Assembly: GCA_964016885.1 (NCBI GenBank)
Contig: OZ024740.1
Span: forward strand, 309,194,001 to 309,258,000
Origin: Eledone cirrhosa
Lineage: Eukaryota
Direction: 5' to 3'
DNA: 64,000 nucleotides
Shown here: positions 50,876-62,793 of the stretch, piece by piece
How positions within the stretch are numbered: position 1 is the first letter of the stretch
Layout: every line of letters starts with the position of its first letter
The notes under the pieces: model-generated
Told to the model about the DNA's origin: nothing
Seen by the model: the letters and a program-made list of their open reading frames with translations, nothing else
Database searches by the model: none
Program-made: the position numbers and the translations under genes

Positions 50876-51581
50876 CATCATCATCATCATCACTGTTTTA
50901 CGTCCGTTCTTCCACGCTAGCATGGGTTAGATGGGTTGTCCTGTTGTGGGCAGTGTCCGGTCAGCTGACCTTGTCTTGCTCATACGGGAACTGATTTTGG
51001 CTTGCTTTCTTCAGCTGGATGCCCTTCCTAACACCAAGCTCATTTACAGTGAGTGCTGGGTGCTTTTTTCCCGTACCGCCTACACGACCACTTTACAGTG
51101 TGTGCTGGGTACTTTTTTGCCGTGGCACCTCCACGGCCACTTTGCAGTGGGAGGGGGTGGGGTCATATTGTCCATATGCTTCAGCTTCGGCTTGTACCCG
51201 TGGGAAGTCGGGTCTTCTGTATTACTGTGTGATGCCAGAGGTCACAGTCGTGTGTCATCGCCTTTGAGAGGTGGAATTGGGTAAGGTCAGCTTTTAACAC
51301 CTCATCCCAGGTCTTCTTGGGTCTCCCCACTCCGCGGCTTCCATCGACTTCTAGTGCTCTGCACCTTTTTATGCAGCTGTCATCCTTCATACACATCACA
51401 TGTACATACCAACACAACCACCTCTACAGCATTTGATTCCTCTTATGCCCAGTCTCTGTCTCAATTCGTTTATGCTTTACCATTTGCGTATATTACTATT
51501 ACACATCCATCGGAGCATGCAGGCTTCGTTTCTTTCTAATCCGCGCAAGTCTTCCACAGACAGCGCCCAGGTCTCACTACC
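50876..51581 (-). mobile_element. RTE 3' end (variant B)
   Basis: GSETWAL...KDDSCIKRCRALEVDGSRGVGRPKKTW; UTR B; (TA)n on both sides. Confidence 0.92.
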
Positions 51582-51683
51582 ATATATATATATATACTTA
51601 TTAAGATAACAGATTCAAGTTTAAGCAAAGAATCACTGCTTTCACCCTTAGCGGATTTTAGCCTTCACATTTATTATTAATAC

Positions 51684-51714
<31 letters not shown>

Positions 51715-52418
51715 GTTTGTGTATGTATATATATAGATAGATGTGTGTGTGTGTGTGTAACTTATAAATAAATCATTTAAAATTCTATATTGATCTTTAA
51801 TACGTGGTAGTTGTTTCTAATTAAATGATGAAATTTCCATGAGACCAGCCAGTATTCATTAAAGCAAGTGGATGATCTGTGTCCCATTATTTTATCAGTT
51901 TGTTTGCATGCATTAGATGTTACTGAATAGTTTCCTCCATTGTATCATTCATTCTATCCATTGATGAGAGTTGGTGAGGAGTGTTCCAGTCATATCAACA
52001 TCTTATCTACTTAAGGGTTCCCTAAATTCAGAACTTTCAAATTGATTGCCATGGTTACTGCTAACAGAGTTTGGAGCACCAAATAAGATGAATAAGAAAG
52101 AGAGATATTAAAGCTTGAACAATTACTTTTCTTAAGGCAATTGTGAATGAGTAATGCATAAACTCATCAAGTACTGTCACTGTGTAAAAGTTGCCCATTT
52201 TATTAATTGGTTTTGGTTCTACTTTGCTGCCAAACTTCATTGATTGTATAATTGCTAAAAGGGAAAGTAGCCATTAAATGATGACAATGGTGATGGTGAT
52301 GGTAGTGGTGATGGTGATGGTGATGATCATGACGATAAGCTGGATTGTATGGTTGTAATTTTGATAAATCTAAAGTCAATGAATATTTGACATTTTGAAA
52401 GCTTATAAAATATGTTAT

Positions 52419-52526
52419 TAACTGTTTCTACTTTAGGCACAAGGCCAGCAATTACCCAGTGCATTACTAAAGTACCAGTAATGCACTGGGTAATTGCTGG
52501 CCTTGTGCCTAAAGTAGAAACAGTTA
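52419..52526. repeat. Perfect 50-bp inverted repeat made of two SINE S1 3' ends
   Basis: Arms 52419-52468 and 52477-52526, loop AAAGTACC. Confidence 0.95.
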
Positions 52527-53699
52527 TTAAATTTTGGGTCAAAATATGCAGCCTACGCTTATGTTTACCTTTAAATTCATCTAAAGTGACCAAAATTGTG
52601 CTAATGCAAAGATTCCAAATCAAATATCTCACAGACAACTAAAACTTCAATTACTAGGTAGCAGATATTTATACTTAAATATTTACAATTATCTTTTTTT
52701 TTTCAATTACATTAAGTCTATTTATATTGACCTTCAGCACGCTGCTGGCAACAAATTGTGGCAAGAGAGTAATCTCCCTTTAATACATAATGCAGTGTCA
52801 AGGGTAGTAATTCATAAAAAAATTCACCATCCTAAAGGTTAATAGATCTTGTCTTTTGAAATTATTTCAACTATGATTTAATACCAAAGACTACCACTAT
52901 GAATAGGCCAATATTAATTGTGCCCATTTACAGTGCCAAAAATAAATGTGTACCTAGATGTTTGATGGTATCATACTGTTAATACTATTAGTTTTTACAT
53001 ACTTTTGCAAAAGTTTTTTATCATCATTGCAAAATATTTTTTACACACCTTTGCAAACTGTCTTAGCATCTTACCATTAAGACATACATTCACTATTACA
53101 ATATAAGTTATTTAATCCACACCCAGAACAAGTTTAACTGGAATTGGAATTGATTTCCCGACAGCAGCAATATAATAATTATGGTCATTCACTGTGATGC
53201 TGTCCGTAACAACAATAGTAGAATATCTGATTTGTAGAAAAAGCAATTGACTGCATAAATGTTCTCTCATCGTTATGAGACAAACAAATTATGGTAAACT
53301 ACCTATTAATTGGTTTCTTTATTTAGTCCTTGTAATAACTTCATCAAATGATATAAGAAATTTATAATATTAAAAATAAAGTCATTAATGTATTGTTTGT
53401 AACAAATAAAATACAGTTTTGTTTGTTCCATGAGTATAGAATAGTAAAGTTTGATACAATATTTTTTTCACTCTTGAATCGTATATAATTCTATATTCAG
53501 GTTCCTCTTTTGTAACTTCAGACCTTTCTACTTCATCATAGTAACTGGTTGCTGTATCTCCCACATTTAAAAACCCTTTCATTACCATATTTTTTAATGA
53601 AAAACTGCCTATAATTTCCAAATAATTTTAAAGATAATAACAAATTTGGAAGGATTTAGTAATATAACTAACTTCCTTATCCTTTATCATAGTAGGGTT

Positions 53700-53960
53700 G
53701 ATTTGGTTAAAAAATAGAAAAAGAAAGCAATATTGGAAAGGACTCTAAATGCTATAAATGAGAGGAAAAGGTGAGAAAGAGCAAGGACTAGTAAACAAAG
53801 AAAGAAAGGGGAGAGGGTGACAAACTCTACACCTAGGTCAGACCAGTGTTTTGGCCCCTCAGACAAAATGGCAAAGGCATTTCCGCAGACTATGGCTAGC
53901 GACACGCACTGCAACAGCCACCCCACACCGGAGAGCTCCTTTGTCAGACAGGCTGCTATT
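53700..53960 (-). mobile_element. CRE-like (RLE-clade) retrotransposon 3' end
   Basis: LTKELSGVGWLLQCVSLAIVCGNAFAIL resembles the L.QR.S.A..RGNA terminal motif; pyrimidine-rich UTR. Confidence 0.55.
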
Positions 53961-54772
53961 AATCAGGGTTGATTCATATTCAGTAACGTAACTTCTGATG
54001 TGAAAATTGTTGTAATCTGTAATCCCATTGTGTCACTCTCCATATCTATTTTAATATTCAACTTTTTCTAACTTCAGGAGTTGTCAATTTACGAAGTTTT
54101 GCATTCACTTTTTATAATAAATGGTAAACACATGTGTACATGTGACTATTGCTAATTAAGACAATTAGAGAATATTCAATATATAGTTATAATGTTAACT
54201 ATAAACATCCTGTACTACATGAGACTACATTAGTAAGAACAAAACAGCATTATGCATCACATTAAAAATTATAGTCCTTATCTGAATATTGTAGATTTTC
54301 ACAATGATCTATCCAATAGAGCTACTATATGTAAACATTAGAATTAACAAACCTATTTATAGTTGTTTTCTGCTAAATCATTACAGGATGCTAGGAGTTA
54401 ATGTAAAAGAATTATTGAATATTCAGTACCAGAAGGACATTGTTGTGTTACCTTATAAGTTAAATTTCTCCTGTAAAATCCATCCCACTTCCTTGGAGTA
54501 ATGACACACTACACCACCTCATAGTCCAGTGTGCCTTTAGCTGAGTTTTTTCTATTGCAAGGATTTGGTCCAAGCTCCTAGCAGGAGGTTATGGCATTGA
54601 CACTCTACACTTACCTACACTACAACTAAATGATAATTCTCCCTCTTTTTCTCTAACATCTGTGGACCCTGATCAAACCTCAAATCCACACATCACCTCC
54701 TAACATGCAAACCATATAATCCATTCCTTTAAGAGATACAAATCTCTTATCCTTAGTTCATAACTGCTGTCT

Positions 54773-54995
54773 TTAGTCTTAGTCTTAGTTCCTCCAGTCT
54801 TTTGTGGAACATTGGGCGACGAGCTTCCCCCACTTGATCCTGTCACTGGCGGCCCTTCTAGCACCTCTCCAGGTAATTCCCATCTCCTGCAGGTCCTCCC
54901 TGAATGTGCTCCGCCATGTTTTTCGTGGTCTTCCCCATTCTCTCCTGCCACCTTCTGGTACCCAATCCATGGCAATATGAGCATGTGTATGTATG
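54773..54995 (-). mobile_element. Short RTE insertion of another family with target-site duplication
   Basis: MDWVPEGGRREWGRPRKTWRSTFREDL...*; (CTAAGA)n tail; 12-bp TSD TAACTGCTGTCT at 54761-54772 and 54996-55007. Confidence 0.88.
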
Positions 54996-57259
54996 TAACT
55001 GCTGTCTAGGCTACACTATATATTCAAATTTCACTACAAAAGGTAGCAAGGTGGTGTGTATGCACTGTCAATGTTGATTCACTCTCTCCACTACTCACCT
55101 CTCTCACCTGGATATCAGCAACAAAGCCTTCTAATTATTTTGGTTTAAAAGCCCCCCCCCCCCCAAACTCCTCCAAATATATCTACTTCCTCTACTGCTG
55201 TCTGAACACAACTAGCCACCAATAATACTTGATCATATTTCTACTTGTGTCAAGAACATTTCACCCCTGAATGGCTCACAACTCTTCTTGGTTGTCAAAC
55301 TCATCTCATACCAGTGATGTAGAAAGGAATAGTTTGCAATCTTAACTATCTACATTAACTGGTTTTATTTCCTACTCGCATCCCTTATCAACATAGACAC
55401 CTCAAACCACCCTTGATTTTTTTTCTTGCTCTAAGCCAAAGCCAACATTTATCAAACCATCATCATCTATTCACCTATGAATCATCCAACTATACACCAC
55501 ACATATACTAGGTAATGTCCTGTACTTACTTAGATTGGCTGACTGGTTCAGCTAATCTAATCCCTGCCTCCTACCTATTTTCATCTCCTCACTGTCTTTT
55601 CTACTTACTACTACAGTGGCCTACCACTAACCCCATCCACCCAGTCCTTTCTTTCCTAGATTGTTGACCATCTAAATAGAATTCCTTCCCCGCAAATTTT
55701 TTTTCTGCAGCCATTGACTTGTACTTGTTTGAAGAGGTTAACTTCATGAATTTCACCAATCTTAGAGGGCCTACCAAGGTTATAGGCACAGCCCCCCCCC
55801 CCCCCGAAAAATATTGTTGAGAAAAATTTCTTTCAAAGATTTTTCCAGATCTATATACTTACGTATTTTTAAAATCATAAAATGAAATAAACCTATACAT
55901 TATTTACATCAAATTATATAAAATTAAAATTTACTAAAAGCTATGCTGCTAACAGCAGCAATATATCTGCTTGAATTTACTGAATCTTTAAAGTCTACTA
56001 CACACACGCACATCCAGACACACATACACACACACATGTGCATACACCTGCACACAAATCTATTTACTTACCTGGAAGTCTGAAATGACTCAAGATTTAT
56101 TTTCATTTACCATTTACAGACATTTTTTGTAATTTTGTTCTCAGAAACACAGAAATCTTTGTCATTTTTCCTTTTATCTTATAAGTAATAAATGAAAAAA
56201 GAAACCAACATTTTCGGATCTACTAAATTTTTTCTGACTAATGCACTCAATATATTTTCTGTTATCTGCTTTTACATTATACTTACATATTTTTTTTTTC
56301 TTTTTCCTGTTAGGGTTTTTAAGAAAAGCAGTCCCAATGGACAGGTATGTATTAATGTATTATATTTTGTATTTCTTTTTTATTACTGATTATATTAATA
56401 GAAACCATGTGAGAATGGGTTGAGAGTATCCTTCAGTCACAACATGACCTCTCAAGTGTTGGTGCCATGAATAATGCATCCTTTACACTATCTTAGGTGT
56501 GATAGGAAGGACATCTAGCTGTAGAAACCATATCAAAAAGGGATTACAAGGACTCTTCAGTTATGTCAAAGGCACAGACAACAACCTTGCTAGCATTGCT
56601 GACTCAATAAAATGCACCCAGTACACACTGTAAAGCTTCTGTTGCTAAATTGTGTCAACCCATTTATATACTCTTCACCCCCCCCCCCACACACACACAC
56701 TTACACACACAGAAACACATCACTAGATCCTTTAAAAATCTTCACTTGACTTATTTGGCATGTTGCCATTGTTATTTCTTTATATAGGGTCTAAAGTCAT
56801 TTTACAGAATGTACTAACTGTTAATGACTCTCCTACCATTCAACCCACAACCACAGACACACACACGCCACAAAGCACTGCCCCCCCCCCCCAAAAAAAA
56901 AACAAAAAAAAAACAAAAAAAAAACAAAGAAAACATACACACACTAGAAACATCTATTGTTTAAACTCTTGAAGCTTCTAACATTCAATAGAATTCTGAA
57001 TATTGAAATTTGAACTTTAAACTCCACCCCAACCACACAAATATTTACATATGGGTATTATACTGTAAATGGAAAAGAACTATATTTTTGAAAAGTCTCA
57101 AAATATGGGAACATGATTTGTTAATGTAAATTATTTTTTGAAGACATTGTCTTATACAGATGAAACCAGTAAACATATCTGATAAAACTTAACTTGACGT
57201 ACCAAATATAGAAATATTTGTTTTGTGTTATTAAAGAAAAAGAGAATTTTTAAATACAC

Positions 57260-57906
57260 TTCCAAAGCAGCTGGGCCATTAGTAATAGTTGCTGAGAAAT
57301 CAAAAGCATCTGGGATGGTAGGACAAACCTTAACCACTCACCATAAACCAAGTAATACAAAATGGTGCTCTCCCCAATGACTGACATAGCAGCAGCATCA
57401 TCAACTGCTATGGGGGCAAAGGTGATGCGCTAGATGGAGGAAACTACTGAGGCATCAACTTGATGGACCAGGTGATGGAAGTTACAGAAAAACTCACTGA
57501 ATAGGGAATGAATTAACCTAGATTAGGTTCAATTCAGATTTGTACCATATATGCTCTTTTCCTTGTAAGGCAACTGCAGAAGTACTTAGCTAAAAGTAAA
57601 CCCCCCCCTACCTGATATTTGTTGACCTAGAAAAAGCATTTAACAGAATTTCTTGTTCTGTAATTTGGTGTGCACTTAAGAAACTATGGGTAGATAAGTG
57701 TGAAGGCAGTACAAGCCATGTGTATAGGTGCAGTCAGCAAGGTTAAAATTAAGAATGACTATAGTGAGGAGTTTAGCCTGCAAGTTGGGGTCCACCAGGG
57801 CTCCATTCTTAGCTCTCTCCTGTTTGTCATCCACCAGGCTAAAACAGAGGAGTTTAAAACAGGATGCCCTTAGGATCCCCTATATGCTGAAGATCTAATT
57901 CTCATG
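57260..57906 (+). mobile_element. Old RTE RT fragment
   Basis: SSIINCYGGKGDALD, FVDLEKAFNR, VGVHQGSILSSLLF, YAEDLILMA. Confidence 0.85.
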
Positions 57907-58158
57907 GCTGTCATTGTACGTAAAAGGAGAGTAAGATTTGCTCGCCACTGCCATTGTGCCACCTATGAGGCTGTGTCCCCATTAGTGCTTTGGAAACCAC
58001 AAGCAGTCACTAATAACAAGGCGCAAGTTCTCCTAGCCCGGGTCATCTCCAGAGATTCTGGTTTTGAAATCCAGGATTTGGCAACGGCAATGAATGACAA
58101 ACCCACGTGGAGATCAATTGTTGAGTTGATTTTAGCTGAGGCTGCCGGATGATGATGA
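57907..58158 (+). mobile_element. 3' end of a further RTE-like family
   Basis: RKRRVRFARHCH...LVLWKP...VISRDSG..IQDLATAMNDKPTWR...*; GATGATGA tail. Confidence 0.7.
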
Positions 58159-58173
58159 AATATTCTGATCTAA

Positions 58174-58659
58174 TCTCCTTATAATATATAACCAGCAATT
58201 TCTCTGTCTGTCTGTCCGACGCGTAGAGAGAGAGTGAGAGTGAAAGAAAGAGACAGACTACAAGAGGGGGATAGCGGGAGGGAGAGAGAGAGACGCTGGA
58301 AGAGGGGAAGGAAAGCTATGTCTTGCTGTCTGCATTACGATACATATATATATACACACACACACTGAGCGCGTCATAATGACGTAATGCAGACAGCCAG
58401 ACATACAGACAGATATTATAAGGGCGCAACGTTATATCTATGTATCTATCTAAAAAGAAAGACTAAGAATTATAGAGAGAGATCGCTAAATCGCCTAATG
58501 CGGTCCCTAGGGCATTGAAAATTTGAAATATTATTTGCTCAAAACACTCACAGGACCATAAGTATTACATGTCTAAAGTTTGAAAACAATCGGTTGGATG
58601 GTTCTCAAGTTTTAGTGAGCTGACAGACAGACAGACATTCTCTGTTTTAGATATATAGA
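58174..58659. mobile_element. Rearranged non-autonomous Helitron-like pieces
   Basis: A|TCTCCTTATAATAT start; internal IR 58319-58401; 58490-58659 is a minus-strand 5' end TCTATATATCTAAAACAGAGAATG. Confidence 0.55.
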
Positions 58660-58697
58660 CTAGCAGAAAACCGCCCCCACGGGTAGTTTTCTGCTAG

Positions 58698-59333
58698 TCT
58701 ATATATATAAAACTGAGGATGTCTGTCTGTGTGTGTGCGTGTCTGTGAGTTTGAATCCCTAACGAGAAGTACCCAACCGATTTTTTTCAAACTTTACATG
58801 TGTATTACTTATGTTTCAGGGAGTGTTATGCACACAAAAAATTCAACTTTTTGATCCCTAGGAGCCGCATTAGGTGAAAAATTGCGTTTTTTTCATCTTT
58901 TTAGAGGTTTTTTGAGGCGTTACGTCAGACCGATTTCCTTGAAATTGTAACTATGTATTAGTCAGTCTCTTCTTCATACTGTCAGCAAAGAAAATCCAAC
59001 TTTTTTATGGCCTATTAGGTGAAAAACTTCATTTTTTCAGCTTTTTAGGGCTTTTTGGAGGCGTTACATCAGAGCCGATTTTCCCGAAATTTCAAGGCAT
59101 ATTATGCACATAAAAAAAATTCATTTTCTTGATCTGCTAGGGCTCGCATTAGGTGAAAAGCTGCATTTTCCCTGCTTCATCGAGGAAAATCTTAAAGATT
59201 ATCCAGCCATCAGAGTATTCGGTTTATTTTCTTTACATATTGTCCAAGCATGCAGTTTTTCCACGATTAGGTCTGTTGCCGGCCCGCGTTAAAAAAATAC
59301 CTTATCCCGTGCAACGCCGGGTACCACTGCTAG
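58698..59333 (+). mobile_element. Non-autonomous Helitron, complete
   Basis: 5' TC(TATATATATAAAA); 3' hairpin CCCGTGCAACGCCGGG (59306-59321) then CTAG|T; three internal ~145-bp units (CCGATTT...ATTAGGTGAAAA). Confidence 0.85.
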
Positions 59334-59640
59334 TGGTTAATAATTGAATGTTAAAAGGTTAAAAAATTAAGTAGTGTCCTATTATATGAATTACACGATC
59401 TATATAATATACGAGAGATATGTAGAAAAACATTATTAAATTAAAATTTCTCTGCTATATTCCATATTTGGGTTTATTAGTAACCCAATTAATAAATTTC
59501 TCTACAATAATTCACTCATCAATATAAGCTGTTTAGTCAACATGTTTACTGTATGATGATATGTGTATATACACACAAATATATATATATAGGCCATGTG
59601 TATGTATGTATACATGGTCTATATATATATATATATATTT

Positions 59641-59800
59641 GTGTGGTCACCTGGATAGTAAACCAAGTCATACAGAATGGGGTCGTTCCTAAGGACTGGC
59701 GTAGCAGCATCATCATTAACTGCTACAAGGGTAAAGGAGATGCCCTAGATAGGGAAAACTATAGAGGCATTAAATTAATTAGCGCAACTAATCAGAGAGC
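59641..59800 (+). mobile_element. Internal RTE RT fragment
   Basis: VTWIVNQVIQNGVVPKDWRSSIIINCYKGKGDALDRENYRGIKLI, nearly identical to the main RTE ORF. Confidence 0.88.
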
Positions 59801-59874
59801 ACGTTGAGTGCTTCCAATCTACTGTAAAACTTATTCTTTGACATAATCATCGAATATTGTTTAACAACTTAATA

Positions 59875-59924
<50 letters not shown>

Positions 59925-59954
59925 GTGTGTGTGTGTGTTATGTTGGTTCCACGA

Positions 59955-60179
59955 AACTTCCACTGTAAAGTGGTCGTGTAAAAGACATGACAAAAAGCAC
60001 CCAGCACCCACTGTAAATGTGGTTGGCGCTAAGAAGGGCATCCAGCCATAGAAAACCAGTTAGAAACAGTCCTATATGAGTGAGACATGGTCATCCAACC
60101 AAACTTGCCTCTAAATGGGACAAACCCGTCTAACACATGCTAGCGTAGAAGATGGATGTTAACCGATGATAATGATTAT
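59955..60179 (+). mobile_element. RTE-type 3' UTR (third variant)
   Basis: AAAAGCACCCAGCAC, AAGGGCATCCAGCCATAGAAA, CATGCTAGCGTAGAAGATGGATGTTAA + GAT tail. Confidence 0.8.
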
Positions 60180-60280
60180 GTATATATAATATATATAAAG
60201 TGTATTCCTGATGTATATCAGGAGGTGGCACAGTTAAAAAAAGGTACTCGATATGTTAGTGGAGTATAGGCATATATATT

Positions 60281-60378
60281 ATTATAGAAATGATTTTTAC
60301 ATGACTAAAACTGTTTCATTAATAAGAAATCACCAGGAAATGAAACAGTTTTAGACCTGTAGAAATCATTTTTATAAT
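60281..60378. repeat. 40-bp inverted repeat (fold-back family H1)
   Basis: Arms 60281-60320 and 60339-60378, 4 mismatches, 18-nt loop. Confidence 0.9.
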
Positions 60379-60404
60379 GAAAAAAAATATAATAATAATA
60401 ATAA

Positions 60405-60791
60405 TAATGGTTTCAGACTTAGGTACAAGGCCAGCAATTATGAGGGAGGGGGAAGTTGATTGAATTGACTCCAATTCAATACTGGTGCTTTATTTTATTG
60501 AACTCGTTAAGATAAAAGGCAAAGTTAACTTTGGCAGGATTTTAACTCAGAATGTTAGAATGTCATAACTAAATGCCACTAAGTATTTTGACCTACACTC
60601 TACCAATTCTATAATGATAATGGCACAAGGCCAGCAATTACCCCAGTGCATTACTGGTACTTTATTTTTATCAACACAGTAAGGATGAAAGGCAAAGCTA
60701 ACTTTGGTGGGATTTGAACTCAGAACGCAAAGGGCCATAACTCTGTGCTGAAAAGCATGGTGTCTGACGCTCTACTGATTCTGCCAATCCA
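60405..60791 (-). mobile_element. Two tandem SINE S1 copies
   Basis: Copies ~60405-60612 and ~60620-60791 with core and B box. Confidence 0.8.
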
Positions 60792-61740
60792 ATAATAGTA
60801 ATAATAGTAATAAGTTTCCTACACTCAGGATAAGTAAATTATGTTCAGCTCTCTGAAAGAAAGTTATAATTTCTTAGGCTAAGTTCAACGACTTTTATTA
60901 AAGTGTCCCTGACTGAGTTCCAATATAACCTAATACTTTAGCTACTGTTTTCTAAATATGTTTTGTTTTGCCATCAGTCTTATGTAGTTTACATGATATT
61001 GAGACTGTATTTGTTTTGCTTATCTCATTAAGCATCATATTTCAGTGTTGAATTTCATGAATCTGTAATACCAGAGCATCTTAGCATGTTTCTTGTAGCT
61101 GATAATATTGACTAAGAATGTATTTTTTAAATGTTTCACATTTGAGAATGTTCTTGAGATCTATACTATGTTTTTTTTAAATAATTAATCACTACATGAA
61201 AATTTCACATGATTTTAAAACCAAAATCCATTGAAAATGTATAAATTTTTTAAAACATTTTTTTAAATATCAAAATTAAAAGAACCAAATAAAAAGAAGT
61301 AAACAAAATTCATAAAAAAAAAAAAATTCATAAAATATTTTTAAAGTGCTTCAGAATTTCATTGCTGGTATAATTGGTTAGTTTACTAGACATGGGATCT
61401 GTTTTGCAACATAAGTAGAATTAAATATCTTGTTTAGTAACATCATCATCCATGTTCTAGCATCTGTTTTCCATGGTAGCATGTGTTAGATAGGTCTCCT
61501 ATACAGAAATTTTTGCTTGTCATGTTAGTAGGTATTTTTTTATCTATTCTCTGTGGATTTTCCTTATTGTTGTTCCTTTTTACCAAAGTAACATCCAACA
61601 CTCCCATCCATTCCCATCACCTGTTCAAACCAGTGTAGTAATATTTTCAGCACTCTTTGCTTGATGCTTTTAATACTCAGCTTATTTCTCAGCCAACTTG
61701 TACAAATTAACATAAACAGCCAACCGATCATGCTCACCCC

Positions 61741-61741
<1 letters not shown>

Positions 61742-61771
<30 letters not shown>

Positions 61772-61797
61772 GTCGGCCCTTGTGACTAATAAATGAA

Positions 61798-61844
<47 letters not shown>

Positions 61845-61860
61845 CATTATTATTATCATT
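61742..61860. repeat. (ATT)n microsatellites
   Basis: Directly visible. Confidence 0.95.
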
Positions 61861-61863
61861 TTA

Positions 61864-62655
61864 AGGATGGTGGATTGGCAGTATCAGTAGAGTGTCGAAC
61901 ACCATACTTTGCAACATAGTTATGGCCCTTTACGTTCTGAGTTCAAATCCTGCCTAGGTTAACTTTACCTTTCATCCTTACGGGATTGATAAAATAAAGC
62001 ACCAGTAATACACTGGGGTTGAATTAATTAACTTTCCCCTTCCCTTCAAATTGCTAGCCTTGTGCCTAAAGTAGAAATAATAATAATAATTATTATTTGA
62101 GTTAAAATCCTGCCGAGGTAAGCGTTGCCTTTCATCCTTATGGGGTCAATAAAATAAAGCACCAGTAATGCACTGGGGTCGATTTAATCGACTCTTTCTC
62201 TCCCTCAAAATTGCTGGCCTTGTGCCTAAAGTAGAAACAATCATTTTATGAGCCACTGCATAACTTCAACACTCATGCTTCACGAGCAAGCAATATCACA
62301 CATCTTACACATGTTTCATACAATTTGTCCTTCACACAGAGAGAGAAACCTTTTGATATCAACAATTTGGATATGTGGCAGTGCCAGCAGCAGCAGTGGA
62401 GGCATAGCAGGATTGGTAGAAACATTAAAACACTGGAAAAGTGGACACATATTTTCTCTGTCTCCATTTTCTTCAATGAGTATCTATAGTTATCATCAGT
62501 AGAAGGTCTGATGCCATGCTTTGCAGCAAAGAGTTACGGCCCTTTACATCCCTCTGAGGTTAACTTTGCCTTTCATCCTTATGGGGTTGATAAAATAAAG
62601 TACCAGTAATGCACTGGTTAATTGCTGGCCTTGTGCTAAAAGTAGAAACAATTAT
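61864..62655 (+). mobile_element. Three SINE S1 copies (61864-62080, 62098-62245, 62497-62655)
   Basis: Repeated CCTTTCATCCTTA(C/T)GGG..GATAAAATAAAG core and CTTGTGCCTAAAGTAGAAA tail. Confidence 0.85.
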
Positions 62656-62793
62656 TGTAATTATCAGCATTGTGGTGACTATATTTTCAAATTTCAATTA
62701 CCCAATACTTTGTAATCAAATTTTGTTTGAAAAATTAATTTAGTCTGATGCTACCATCCTTCTTGATTGTATACGATGTCAGTATTTGTCTAA

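Noticed and set aside
55300-55600. Possible third Penelope GIY-YIG remnant (HLFTYESSN, RLADWFS)
   Set aside because: Matches too short and degraded to call.
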